Assembly: GCA_038215615.1 (NCBI GenBank)
Contig: JBBQQR010000019.1
Span: 1 to 44,050 of the forward strand
DNA length: 44,050 nt
From: Vulcanimicrobiales bacterium
GTDB lineage: Bacteria > Vulcanimicrobiota > Vulcanimicrobiia > Vulcanimicrobiales > Vulcanimicrobiaceae
Direction: 5' to 3'
Part shown: piece by piece, positions 17,171 through 26,512 of the stretch
Layout of the letters: every line of letters begins with the position of its first letter
How positions within the stretch are numbered: the first letter of the stretch is position 1
Program-made: the position numbers and the translations under genes
The notes under the pieces: model-generated
Database searches by the model: none
Told to the model about the DNA's origin: nothing
The model's input: only the letters and a program-made list of their open reading frames with translations

Positions 17171-18454
17171 GTGGCTCCCGAGGTCATTCGCAAGCGCAGG
17201 CGCTGGCGCTGGCGCAGCCTCGTGCTGCTTCTGGCAGTCTTAGGACCGGGTTTCATCACGGCATCGGCGGGAAACGACGTCGGCGGAATCACGACCTATT
17301 CGCAAGCCGGAGCGCACTTCGGTTACCGCATTCTCTGGGTTCTCATACCGCTCGCGCTGGCGCTCATCGTCGTGCAAGAGATGGCGACGCGCATGGCGGC
17401 CGTGACCGGCAAAGGCTTGGCGGCGCTGATTCGCGAGAATTTCGGCGTCCGCGTTTCATTTTTCGCGATGGTTGCTTTTTTTGTCATTAACTTGGTGATC
17501 ACGGCGACGGAATTCGCCGGCATCGCCGCCGCGTCGGAAATCTTTCACATCTCGCGCTTCATCGCCGTACCCATCGCGATGCTGATCGTCCTGATTCTGG
17601 TTTTTGGCTTCAATAGCAAGAGCATCGACCGCGCATTTGTCTGTTTCTCGCTGATCTATTTTTGCTACATCGCCTCGGCCATATTGGCGCATCCGAACTG
17701 GGGCGCGGTGGCGCACGGCGCGCTCGTCCCAACGTTCGATTTCAACAATCGCGCGTATCTGGTGATGGTCGTGGGCCTGATCGGCACGACGATATCGCCC
17801 TACATGCAATTCTTTTTACAATCGGCGGTCGTCGAAAAAGGCTCCGACGAACGGGAACTGACGCTCGCACGCGCCGACGTGATCAGCGGATCGATTCTGG
17901 CGATCGCCATAGCGGGCTTCATGATCGTCGCCAACGCCGCGACGATTTTTACGGCCAACCGTCACGGAGCGCACATCGCGCCGCTGCAAGCGGCCGATTT
18001 TGCCGCGGCACTGCGGCCCCTGGCGGGAGCGGCGGCGTCGATCATTTTTGCGCTCGGTATTTTCAATGCCGGGCTTTTTACGGCAACCGTTCTGCCGCTC
18101 TCGACGAGCTACGTCATCTGTGAAGCGTTCGGTTTTGAAGCCGCGCTCGATCGCAAATTTTCCGAAGCGCCGGTCTTCTTCACGCTATTCGCGATCGGTT
18201 TGATTGCCGGCGGAGCGTTCGTCCTCATCCCGCACCTGCCGCTGCTCAACCTGATCTTTTACGCGCAGGTCGCGCAGGGAATCTTGCTGCCGTTCGAGCT
18301 GGTTCTGATGCTGATTATCGTGAACAAGCGCGCCGTGATGGGCCGTCACACCAACGGGTGGTTCGGCAACACGGTCGCGTGGGCGACGGTCGCGCTGGTC
18401 GGCGCGCTCTCCATCTATTACGTTGTGGTGCAAGTCTTCGGCGGAACGGCCTAG
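17171..18454 (+). CDS. NRAMP-related divalent cation (likely Mg2+) transporter
   Basis: LGPGFITASAGNDVGGITTYSQAG, QEMATRM..VTGKGL, GTTISPY; about 11 TM. Confidence 0.88.
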   Translation: MAPEVIRKRRRWRWRSLVLLLAVLGPGFITASAGNDVGGITTYSQAGAHFGYRILWVLIPLALALIVVQEMATRMAAVTGKGLAALIRENFGVRVSFFAMVAFFVINLVITATEFAGIAAASEIFHISRFIAVPIAMLIVLILVFGFNSKSIDRAFVCFSLIYFCYIASAILAHPNWGAVAHGALVPTFDFNNRAYLVMVVGLIGTTISPYMQFFLQSAVVEKGSDERELTLARADVISGSILAIAIAGFMIVANAATIFTANRHGAHIAPLQAADFAAALRPLAGAAASIIFALGIFNAGLFTATVLPLSTSYVICEAFGFEAALDRKFSEAPVFFTLFAIGLIAGGAFVLIPHLPLLNLIFYAQVAQGILLPFELVLMLIIVNKRAVMGRHTNGWFGNTVAWATVALVGALSIYYVVVQVFGGTA

Positions 18455-18475
18455 CAAGCGGCGAACCTTCCGGGC

Positions 18476-19624
18476 ATGACGGCCGACGAATTGGTCGCAT
18501 TTGCCGAAGATCTCGCGCGCATAGCAGCGGGCGGCGGCGGCCCCAAAGCCCTGGCCGGCCACCTTGCCAAACGCGCGACCGTCGGCGTGCTCGTGGAAGA
18601 CGCGCACTGGCGCCACCTTGCGGCTGCCGGAGCCACCGGCGTGCCCAACAGCGTGCAGCCGCTGCTCGAGCAAGACGCAACGGCGGAATTTCAAAAACTG
18701 CGGAACGGACACGCTGGACGCACCCTTGCGATTGTCAACGGAGACACAAGCCTGGGCCGCCTCTCGATTTTCGGCAGTGGTAATCTCGATGCGTTCGAGC
18801 ACGCCGCCCGCTTGACCGCGAGCGCTATCGCCGTCGAGCTCGCGCGCGAATCCGGCGCGCAGCCCGGGCGACGCCGGACATTTTGGGAACAGCTTGTCTC
18901 GCAGACGTACCCCGACGCGGCAGCCGTACGTGACGATGCAGCGTCGCGAAGCATCGCGCTTGCAACGCATTATGTCGCCGTTGCGCTCGAAACGGAAACC
19001 GGCGAGCACGGCGCCTTCCGCGCCGCAGCGCTCGATGCGTTTCGCGGCGGGGACGGAGACGCCGGCGTGATCGAGCGCAGGGGCGCGCTGATTATTTTCG
19101 TTCCCGCTTCGCGCGAAGTAGATGCGTCGAACACGCGCACGGCGGCCGCGATGCTGCAAAGAAATCTTCAGAAGAAAGAGCTCGACGTTCGCATCAGCGG
19201 CGGCGTTGGGACGCGAACGTCCGTTTTGGATGCGCACCGCTCGCTGGCGGAGGCCGAAGCCGCTCTCACGATTTCGAGACGGCTCCATGGTCCGGGGCGC
19301 GTGGGCATCTACGAAGAACTCGGCGCGTACCCGCTGCTGCTTTCCGGCGGCGGCGCCGATGCGATGCGCGACTTTGCGAAGCGCATTCTCGCTCCGCTGC
19401 GCGCGTATGACGAAAAACACCAGACCGAGCTGGAACGCACGCTGCGGTTGTATTTCTCGGTCGGTGAAAACGTTAAGACGGCCGCGGCGGAATTAAACGT
19501 CCACCGCCATACGGTCTTCTACCGGCTGCGTCAAATAGGCGAGATCTGCGGCTGCAAATTGGACGACCCTCACGACCAGCTCACGCTGAGAATAGCGACC
19601 GCAATCGATGCCCTCACTGCCTAG
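18476..19624 (+). CDS. PucR/CdaR family transcriptional regulator
   Basis: C-terminal LAPLRAYD..TELERTLRLY..NVKTAAAELNVHRHTVFYRLRQI. Confidence 0.9.
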   Translation: MTADELVAFAEDLARIAAGGGGPKALAGHLAKRATVGVLVEDAHWRHLAAAGATGVPNSVQPLLEQDATAEFQKLRNGHAGRTLAIVNGDTSLGRLSIFGSGNLDAFEHAARLTASAIAVELARESGAQPGRRRTFWEQLVSQTYPDAAAVRDDAASRSIALATHYVAVALETETGEHGAFRAAALDAFRGGDGDAGVIERRGALIIFVPASREVDASNTRTAAAMLQRNLQKKELDVRISGGVGTRTSVLDAHRSLAEAEAALTISRRLHGPGRVGIYEELGAYPLLLSGGGADAMRDFAKRILAPLRAYDEKHQTELERTLRLYFSVGENVKTAAAELNVHRHTVFYRLRQIGEICGCKLDDPHDQLTLRIATAIDALTA

Positions 19625-20918
19625 CGACTCGAAGCGCGCCGCCGGGAAACGCGACGTCTTGCGCCTCGCGAAGGATCGCAACGTCAAGTTCGTGCGCTTA
19701 TCGTTCGTCGACGTGCTCGGCGTCGCCAAAAACGTTTCGATTCCCGCGAGCGAGCTCGAGTCCGCGCTCGAAGGCAAGGTGACATTTGACGGCGGCTCGA
19801 TCGACGGCTTCGTGCGCGGCGAAGAGCTCGACATGGTGCTGCGCCCGGACCCTTCGACATTTGCACTTTATCCGTGGTCGACGCCCGATATGCCCGAAGC
19901 GCGCTTGCTTTGCGACATCGCCATGCCCGACGGTTCCCCGTTTGAAGGCTGCCCGCGCACGACGCTGCGGCGTGCGATCGAGGAAGCGAAAGGCCCACTG
20001 GCCGGCGTTGCCGTCGCACTCGAAGTCGAATTCTATCTTTTCGAAGCGCTCGACAGCGAGTACGGATCGACAAAGACCGCCGACGTCGGCTCGTATTTCG
20101 ACTTCTCCGCCAACGATCGCGGCGAAGACGCCCGCAGCGCAATCGTCGCCGCGCTGCAAGCCATGGGCGTTGCCGTCGCGAGCTCCCATCACGAGCACAG
20201 CCCCGGCCAACACGAAATCGATTTTCCGCACAGCGATCCGTTGGCAGCAGCCGACGCGCTGCTGACGCTGCGTTCGATCGCAAAGCACGTTGCTGCCGCG
20301 CGCGGACTCGAAGCGACCTTCATGCCCAAGCCGCTCGAAGATCGCGCGGGGAGCGGCCTGCACGTCAACTTCCGCGTTTCGAGCGATCAGCAGCCCGAGA
20401 TACTCTACATGATCGGCGGCCTTCTCGCGCATGCGGGTGCGCTGACCGCCGTCTGCAACTCGACGGTCAATTCATACAAGCGATTGGTGAATGCGTGGGA
20501 CGCGCCGGTCTACACCGTGTGGTCGCAGCGCAGCGCAAACGCGCTCGTGCGCGTTCCGCGCCAGGATCCACCGCAGCTCGAGATGCGAAGTCCCGATGCG
20601 GCCGGCAATCCCTATCTCTCGCTGGCGGTGTTGCTCGGAGCGCTTGCGGATGGAGTCGATCAGCACTGGCTTCCCGGCGATCCGCTCACCGGTTCGACGT
20701 ACGAACTCGCCGAACGCGAACGGCACGAACGCGGCATCGGCACGCTTCCGAAATCGCTACGCCAGGCGATCACCGAGCTCGATAACGATCCGGTGATCCG
20801 TGCCGCACTCGGCGACCATATCTATCACGCGTTTCGCGACGCCAAACTCGAAGAATACGAGCGCTATCGCCGCGCAGTTCATCCGTGGGAGCACCGGGCA
20901 TACCTACGACTGTACTAA
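19608..20918 (+). CDS. Glutamine synthetase family protein (divergent GlnA-like)
   Basis: FDGGSIDGF, EVEFYLF, HHEHSPGQHEI, ATFMPKP..GSGLH, NSYKRLV, EMRSPD..NPY. Confidence 0.9.
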   Translation: MPSLPSDSKRAAGKRDVLRLAKDRNVKFVRLSFVDVLGVAKNVSIPASELESALEGKVTFDGGSIDGFVRGEELDMVLRPDPSTFALYPWSTPDMPEARLLCDIAMPDGSPFEGCPRTTLRRAIEEAKGPLAGVAVALEVEFYLFEALDSEYGSTKTADVGSYFDFSANDRGEDARSAIVAALQAMGVAVASSHHEHSPGQHEIDFPHSDPLAAADALLTLRSIAKHVAAARGLEATFMPKPLEDRAGSGLHVNFRVSSDQQPEILYMIGGLLAHAGALTAVCNSTVNSYKRLVNAWDAPVYTVWSQRSANALVRVPRQDPPQLEMRSPDAAGNPYLSLAVLLGALADGVDQHWLPGDPLTGSTYELAERERHERGIGTLPKSLRQAITELDNDPVIRAALGDHIYHAFRDAKLEEYERYRRAVHPWEHRAYLRLY

Positions 20919-20961
20919 GGGTTTAGGCGTGGAGCGCATGCGTTGCTCGGAAACCGCTGCC

Positions 20962-21023
20962 GCCTCTCGACTCGGGCCCTAAACGGGCCCTGCTCGAGGT
21001 CCTTCGACAGGCTCAGGATGACA
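20962..21023. repeat. REP-like palindromic element, copy 1
   Basis: GGGCCC-TAAAC-GGGCCC hairpin module plus core GTCCTTCGACAGGCTCAGGATGACA (20999-21023); the core recurs at 32499 and 36708. Confidence 0.8.
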
Positions 21024-22431
21024 CAGTAGCAGCGGCTTCGCGTAGCAGCTGCCATGCAAGCGCAACATCCTCGCGCGTCGTAGCGATATTCCCGATCGCT
21101 AGCCGCAGCGCATAACGGCCGCGAATTTTCGTGTGTGACAAGAACACCTTGCCGGTCGCGTTCACGTCGTCAAGGATGCGCGCGTTGAGTGTCTCGATCG
21201 CATCTTCGTCGAGCCCGAAAGGCGCGTAACGAAAACAGACGACTGAAAACGGGTGCGGCGCGGCGATCTCCCAGCCGGGCTCCGCCTCAACGCAGCCGGC
21301 GAATTCTTGCGCGAGCGCGATATGGCGGCGCAAATGCTCCCGCAAACCCTCGGCCCCATAGTAGCGCAGGACGAACCAGAGTTTAAGTGCGCGAAATCGG
21401 CGCCCAAGTTGCAGGCCGTACTCCATGAAATTCGTGCCTGACGAAGCGTCGCGCTGCTGAAGCACGTACTCCGGTACGATGCTGAACGCCCGGCGCAGCA
21501 TCGCCGGATCGGCAACGAAGAGCGCCGAACAATCCATCGGCACGAATAGCCACTTGTGCGGATTGACGACCACCGAGTCCGCGCGCTCGACTCCCGCCAG
21601 AATCGAGCGAAACTCCGGCATGATCGCCGCCGCACCGGCGTATGCGGCATCGACGTGAAGCCAAATCTTGCGCGCTCGCGCGATCGCGGCGATCTCTTCG
21701 ACCGGATCGCACGACGTCGTCGATGTCGTGCCGACGGTGGCGACGATCGCCATCGGCCGCATACCCGCCGCGATATCGGCATCAACGCGTTGCGCTAAAT
21801 CGTCGGGACGCATGCGCAGATCGCCGTCCGTCTCAGTGCGGACGACGTTTTCGCGGCCCAGTCCCAGCGCGATGCACGCCTTCTCGATATGCGAGTGCGT
21901 TTCGTCTGTGATGTAAACGCGGAGCTGCGGGAGGTCGCGCGCGGTCATGCCGCGCTCACGGATGTCGAGCTTAAGCGATTCGCGCGCCGCCGCCAGCGCG
22001 GTGAAACCGCCGATCGAGGCCGTGTCGTAGATGATTCCGGTGAAACTGTCCGGCAATCCGATGAGGCGTGCCAGCCAGCGCATCACGACTTCTTCCAGCT
22101 CGGTTGCGGCGGGCGACGTGCGCCACAACATCGCCTTGACGTCGAGCGCGGCCGCCAGGACCTCGGCCGTTATGCCGACCGGCGCGGCGCTGGTCGCGAA
22201 ATAGGCGAAAAAGCGCGGACTGTTCCAGTGCGTGATGCCGGGCAGCACGATCGATTGAAAATCACCGAGCAGCGCCTCGAAGGGCTCGCCACGTTCGGGC
22301 GCCTCGCCCGGCAGGCGCGAGGCAATGTCGCCCGGCAAGACCTTCGAAAGCACGGGATAATCGCGCGCTTCCGAAAGATAGCGATCGATCCAGGCCCCGG
22401 CTGCGGCAAACTCGGCAGCGAAGTCGCTCAC
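21013..22431 (-). CDS. Group II PLP-dependent decarboxylase (aromatic L-amino-acid decarboxylase-like)
   Basis: PGITHWNSPRFFAYF, SPAATELE, HSHIEKA, WLHVDAAYAG, NPHKWL, LGRRFRALKLW. Confidence 0.93.
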   Translation of the reverse strand: MSDFAAEFAAAGAWIDRYLSEARDYPVLSKVLPGDIASRLPGEAPERGEPFEALLGDFQSIVLPGITHWNSPRFFAYFATSAAPVGITAEVLAAALDVKAMLWRTSPAATELEEVVMRWLARLIGLPDSFTGIIYDTASIGGFTALAAARESLKLDIRERGMTARDLPQLRVYITDETHSHIEKACIALGLGRENVVRTETDGDLRMRPDDLAQRVDADIAAGMRPMAIVATVGTTSTTSCDPVEEIAAIARARKIWLHVDAAYAGAAAIMPEFRSILAGVERADSVVVNPHKWLFVPMDCSALFVADPAMLRRAFSIVPEYVLQQRDASSGTNFMEYGLQLGRRFRALKLWFVLRYYGAEGLREHLRRHIALAQEFAGCVEAEPGWEIAAPHPFSVVCFRYAPFGLDEDAIETLNARILDDVNATGKVFLSHTKIRGRYALRLAIGNIATTREDVALAWQLLREAAATVSS

Positions 22432-22436
22432 GACGG

Positions 22437-22444
22437 AGTATATT
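22437..22444. promoter_or_regulatory. Overlapping bidirectional -10 hexamers for two leaderless divergent genes
   Basis: TATATT (+, 22439-22444) 6 nt before ATG 22451; TATACT (-, 22442-22437) 5 nt before GTG 22431. Confidence 0.55.
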
Positions 22445-22450
22445 AAGGCA

Positions 22451-23482
22451 ATGCGATACCGGACCTACCCCAACAGCAGCGTGGCCGTCAGCGAAGTCGG
22501 TTTCGGCTTATGGACGACCGCGACGGACTGGTGGGGCAAAAAGACCGAGAGTGAATCGTTCGCTTTGCTGCACGAGGCCTTCGATCTGGGCGTCACGCTC
22601 TTCGACGCCGCCGACGTCTATGGAAACGGACGCAGCGAAGAACAACTCGCAGCCGCTTTCGGCGACCGGCGTGACCGCGTAGTATACGCGACCAAGTTCG
22701 GATACGATTTCTACAACAACCCGGATAAGAAGCGCGGCGAACGCGAACTGCCGCAGGATATTTCTGCCGGCTTTGTGCGATACGCGCTCGAGCAATCGTT
22801 GGCGCGCCTAAAAACCGACTGCATCGATATCTACCAGCTGCACAACGCGCGGCTGACGCAAATCGAGAACGACGAACTCTTCGCACTTCTGGAGTCTTTC
22901 AAGTCCGAAGGGAAGATCCGCATGTACGGCGTCGCGCTCGGACCGGCGATCGGCTGGCTCTACGAGGGTATTGGCGCCGTAAAGAAGCGCAACATCGCCT
23001 CGCTGCAGATCATCTGGAACATGCTCGAGCAATATCCGGGCGACGAGCAGATTAAAGCCGCTCACGATGCGGGCGCCGATACCGGATACATGATCCGCGT
23101 GCCACACTCCAGCGGTATGCTCGAAGGCCAGTACACGCAAGAGACCGTCTTCCCCGAAGGCGACCACCGCCGCCACCGGCCCCGTTCGTGGCTTGTGAAC
23201 GGCGTCAAAAAAGTCGAACAGTTGCGTTTTCTGGAAACGCCGCGGCGTACGCTCGGGCAAGCCGCGATCCAATGGCTGCTGAACGAACCGCGCGTCATGA
23301 CGGTGCTTCCGAACATCTATAACCGCGAACAGCTGGTGGAGTTCGCAAAGGCGGTAGACACGCCGCAACTCACGCGCGAAGAGCTCGACACGATCGCCGG
23401 ACTCTACGCGCGCAACTTCGGAATCGAGGAACCCCCGATGTCTTTCAAGGGTACCATGACTCCGGCGGAAGCGGAGGTCTGA
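22451..23482 (+). CDS. Aldo/keto reductase
   Basis: VSEVGFGLW, FDAADVYGNGRSE, ATKFG, SLARLKTDCIDIYQLH. Confidence 0.93.
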   Translation: MRYRTYPNSSVAVSEVGFGLWTTATDWWGKKTESESFALLHEAFDLGVTLFDAADVYGNGRSEEQLAAAFGDRRDRVVYATKFGYDFYNNPDKKRGERELPQDISAGFVRYALEQSLARLKTDCIDIYQLHNARLTQIENDELFALLESFKSEGKIRMYGVALGPAIGWLYEGIGAVKKRNIASLQIIWNMLEQYPGDEQIKAAHDAGADTGYMIRVPHSSGMLEGQYTQETVFPEGDHRRHRPRSWLVNGVKKVEQLRFLETPRRTLGQAAIQWLLNEPRVMTVLPNIYNREQLVEFAKAVDTPQLTREELDTIAGLYARNFGIEEPPMSFKGTMTPAEAEV

Positions 23483-23862
23483 TGGCGGAGGCGAATCGTA
23501 CCGATAAGGCGCCGGCGCCCATCGGACCCTACAGCCAGGCGATTCGCACCGGCGATCATCTTTTTTGCAGCGGCATGATCGGGCTCGATCCGCAAAGCGG
23601 CGAGCTCGTTGGGGGCGACGTGGCGGCGCAAGCCGACCAAGCCTTGAAAAACCTGGGCGCGATATTGGAAGCCGCGCACATGACGTATGCGAACGTTGTA
23701 AAAACGACCGTGTTTCTCTTAGACATGGCCGACTTTGCGGCCGTCAACGCAACCTATGCGAAATATTTTGACGCACACAAACCCGCGCGTTCGACCGTCG
23801 CAGTTGCCGGATTGCCAAAAGGCGCCCGTGTCGAAGTCGACGCGATCGCTGTCCCGATCTAA
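23482..23862 (+). CDS. ridA: RidA/YjgF family enamine deaminase
   Basis: APAPIGPYSQAI, VVKTTVFL, PARSTVAVAGLP..ARVEVD. Confidence 0.92.
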   Translation: MAEANRTDKAPAPIGPYSQAIRTGDHLFCSGMIGLDPQSGELVGGDVAAQADQALKNLGAILEAAHMTYANVVKTTVFLLDMADFAAVNATYAKYFDAHKPARSTVAVAGLPKGARVEVDAIAVPI

Positions 23863-25052
23863 GGCGTTACTCTCAACCCCGAACGCTCCATCGCGGCGAC
23901 GCGCTCTTTTGCCAGTGTCTTGACAATCGGATCGTAGGAGTCCAGCGCCATCTTGAATTGAGCCGTCGCCATCGACTGGTTGCCCTGACGCGCATAGACG
24001 TCGCCCAGCACGAAGTGTAAGCGCCCGTCATCGGGTGCGACCGCCAAGCCTTTGAGCAGCGCCGACTGCGCGAGCTCGTAAAACCCGTGGTTATTGTAAT
24101 CCAAACCCAGATCGATGTAAGCCTCGGGCGCGTATGGATAGACCGTCATCGCCTGCACGTAGTACGTCACCGCGCCTTTCCAGTCGCCGTTAACGTCGGA
24201 CAGGTAGCCGATGTTCACCAGCGCTTCGCCGCGTTCGGGCTGCAAGCGATGCGCGATCGTCAAGATATTCGACGCTTGCGCGAATCGTTTGCTTTCCAAG
24301 TATGACGCGCCTAAGTTGACCGCGCACGGGTAATAGCCCGGGTCACGCCCCAGGCATTTTCCGAACGTGTCGATCGCATCCTCGAAGGCCTGCAAATCCA
24401 GATATCCGCGGCCCAGATCGTTCATCGCTTGCAGCGATGCCGGATCCTCGTCAAGCGCGCGGCGGAAGTATTTCACCGCGAGTTCGGTTTGATGTACGGC
24501 GAGGTAAACGTCGCCGAGTTCGAGCTGATCTTCGGGATCGGTCGGATAGTCGATGGCGGCTTTTTCGCGCTCGTACTTATACGCGGCGAAATCGCCCTTG
24601 CGAAGATGCAGGCGCACCAAATCCGGTACGGAGTCGGTTCCGGGCAGGCTGCGATCGAACTCCGCGATGGCCTCGTCGATCTTGTTTTCCGTTGCGAAGA
24701 CCGAACCCAAACGGTTGTGCGTCTCTTTGTCTTTGGGCGCGTAGTTGAGGATGTGCGAATACTGCTCCTGCGCCTTGGACAGCTCGCCATGCCGGTAGTA
24801 CAGGTCTCCGAGGAGCCGCTCCGGCCCAATTTCGCCGGGGTGCCCCGAAACGTAGGTCGCCAGGCCGCGGATGGCCCCATCCAAATCGTCGGCGGCAACG
24901 CGCTCGCGCGCGACTTGAATTGCCCCTAGCGGGTCGGAGGGTAGAATGACCCGGTCAGGGGCGTTAACGGTGACCGTTCCGGCGCGCACGGCCGCGGCCG
25001 GCACCAGCACGAAACAGGAAATGGCCAAAACGGCAGACAGGAATCGCTGCAT
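23859..25052 (-). CDS. Exported tetratricopeptide-repeat protein
   Basis: Signal peptide followed by many TPR-like repeats (LGDLYY, LGSVF, LGRGY, NLGASY). Confidence 0.88.
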   Translation of the reverse strand: MQRFLSAVLAISCFVLVPAAAVRAGTVTVNAPDRVILPSDPLGAIQVARERVAADDLDGAIRGLATYVSGHPGEIGPERLLGDLYYRHGELSKAQEQYSHILNYAPKDKETHNRLGSVFATENKIDEAIAEFDRSLPGTDSVPDLVRLHLRKGDFAAYKYEREKAAIDYPTDPEDQLELGDVYLAVHQTELAVKYFRRALDEDPASLQAMNDLGRGYLDLQAFEDAIDTFGKCLGRDPGYYPCAVNLGASYLESKRFAQASNILTIAHRLQPERGEALVNIGYLSDVNGDWKGAVTYYVQAMTVYPYAPEAYIDLGLDYNNHGFYELAQSALLKGLAVAPDDGRLHFVLGDVYARQGNQSMATAQFKMALDSYDPIVKTLAKERVAAMERSGLRVTP

Positions 25053-25093
25053 AATCTCGCCTCTTTTTGCGCCGCGTCTTCTATTGTATCGGT

Positions 25094-26512
25094 CTATTTG
25101 ACGAGCGGCAATATGTTACTTGGGGTCAACGGATAGAAAGTCATGATTATGACAAAAACCGCGCATAAAGCGGCCCCGGCGTAGGCGAGGGGCGCACTGG
25201 TGCGGGCGCCCGGGGCGGGCGAATCGTGAGGGTCGTACATGAGCCGGAGTATCTTGAAGTAGGCGTAGAGCGAGATGGCCGTGCCGATGATGAGGAGTGC
25301 CGCGAGCCAGGCATAGCCGGCATTGACGGTCGCCGCCAGAATCAAAATCTTGCCCAGGAAGCCGGCCGTCGGCGGAAAGCCCGCCAAGGCCAAGAGGAAG
25401 AAACCCATGGCGGCGGCCAGCAGCGGACGCCGCCGTCCGAGGCCGCGGAACGCGGCGATTTGCGCCCCCTCTTCCCGCTCGCCCGACAACAGCGCGGCGA
25501 TCGCAAATGCGCCCAAATTCATGAACATGTAGGCGGCCAAATAGTAGATCGCATAGCGCATGCCAAGCGCCGAAGCACCCGCCAGCGCCGCGACCATGTA
25601 ACCGGCTTGCGCGATGCCGGAATAGGCCAGCAGTCGTTTGAGATCGGTCTGCGCCAGCATCGCGAGGTTTCCGCCGATCATCGAGATGCCGGCGAGCACG
25701 AAAAACGGCAGCAACAGCTTTTCGCCATGAGGCAGCGCGTACGCGAACCGCGCGAAGACCGCAAGCGTTCCGGCTTTGGTGACCACGCTCATGAACGCGG
25801 TCACCGGGAGCGGCGCGCCTTCGTACACGTCGGGCGACCAGACGTGAAACGGCATCAAGCTGAGCTTGAACGCGATGCCGACCAAGAAAAATCCGCCCCC
25901 CATCCAGTACAGCGGATTCGCCGTTAAGCCCGGCAGTGCCAAACTCGACAACGTAACGCTTCCCGTCGCTCCAAAAAGCAGCGCCATACCGAAGAGCAAG
26001 AAGCCCGACGCCGTTGACGAGAGGATCAAATATTTGAGCGCGGACTCTTGCGAAGCGGGGCGATCGGCAACACCGCACAGGCAGTAGAGCGCGAGCGAAA
26101 GCAGCTCGAGCCCCAAAAAAATCGTCATCAAGTTGGCGGCGCCTGCCATCAGCATTGCGCCCGTCGTACTCCACAACAAGAGCGCCGTGATGCCCGCCAT
26201 GCGATCGTCGCGGCCAAACGTGCCGAACAGCGCGAGTGAGAAAATGGCAGAAACGACGATGATCTCTTGAAACACCACCGCAAAACCGCCGAGCATGAAG
26301 CCGCCGTTGAACGCGTTGTAATCGCGGCCATAGGTGGTAGCGGCGAACGCGCCGGCCGCGAGCAGCACGCCGATTCCAATCGCGAGCGAAACGTAACGCG
26401 GCGCGTGCTTGGGCCACAGAAGATCGACGAGCAGAACGATCAACGCTCCGCCGCCCGCGATCAGCAGCGGCGTGATCGCCAGCCAATCTTGGTGCGTGAT
26501 GAAATTCGGCAT
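25094..26512 (-). CDS. nuoN: NADH-quinone oxidoreductase subunit N
   Basis: GLELLSL, ESALKY, FKLSLMPFHVWSPDVYEGAP, KRLLAYS; start MPNF coupled to the nuoM stop. Confidence 0.95.
   Translation of the reverse strand: MPNFITHQDWLAITPLLIAGGGALIVLLVDLLWPKHAPRYVSLAIGIGVLLAAGAFAATTYGRDYNAFNGGFMLGGFAVVFQEIIVVSAIFSLALFGTFGRDDRMAGITALLLWSTTGAMLMAGAANLMTIFLGLELLSLALYCLCGVADRPASQESALKYLILSSTASGFLLFGMALLFGATGSVTLSSLALPGLTANPLYWMGGGFFLVGIAFKLSLMPFHVWSPDVYEGAPLPVTAFMSVVTKAGTLAVFARFAYALPHGEKLLLPFFVLAGISMIGGNLAMLAQTDLKRLLAYSGIAQAGYMVAALAGASALGMRYAIYYLAAYMFMNLGAFAIAALLSGEREEGAQIAAFRGLGRRRPLLAAAMGFFLLALAGFPPTAGFLGKILILAATVNAGYAWLAALLIIGTAISLYAYFKILRLMYDPHDSPAPGARTSAPLAYAGAALCAVFVIIMTFYPLTPSNILPLVK

Noticed and set aside
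18185..19420. Long antisense or alternate-frame ORFs (e.g. 411 aa here, 470 aa at 25116-26528, 317 aa at 26941-27894)
   Set aside because: Shadow ORFs of real genes in high-GC DNA, with no motifs.
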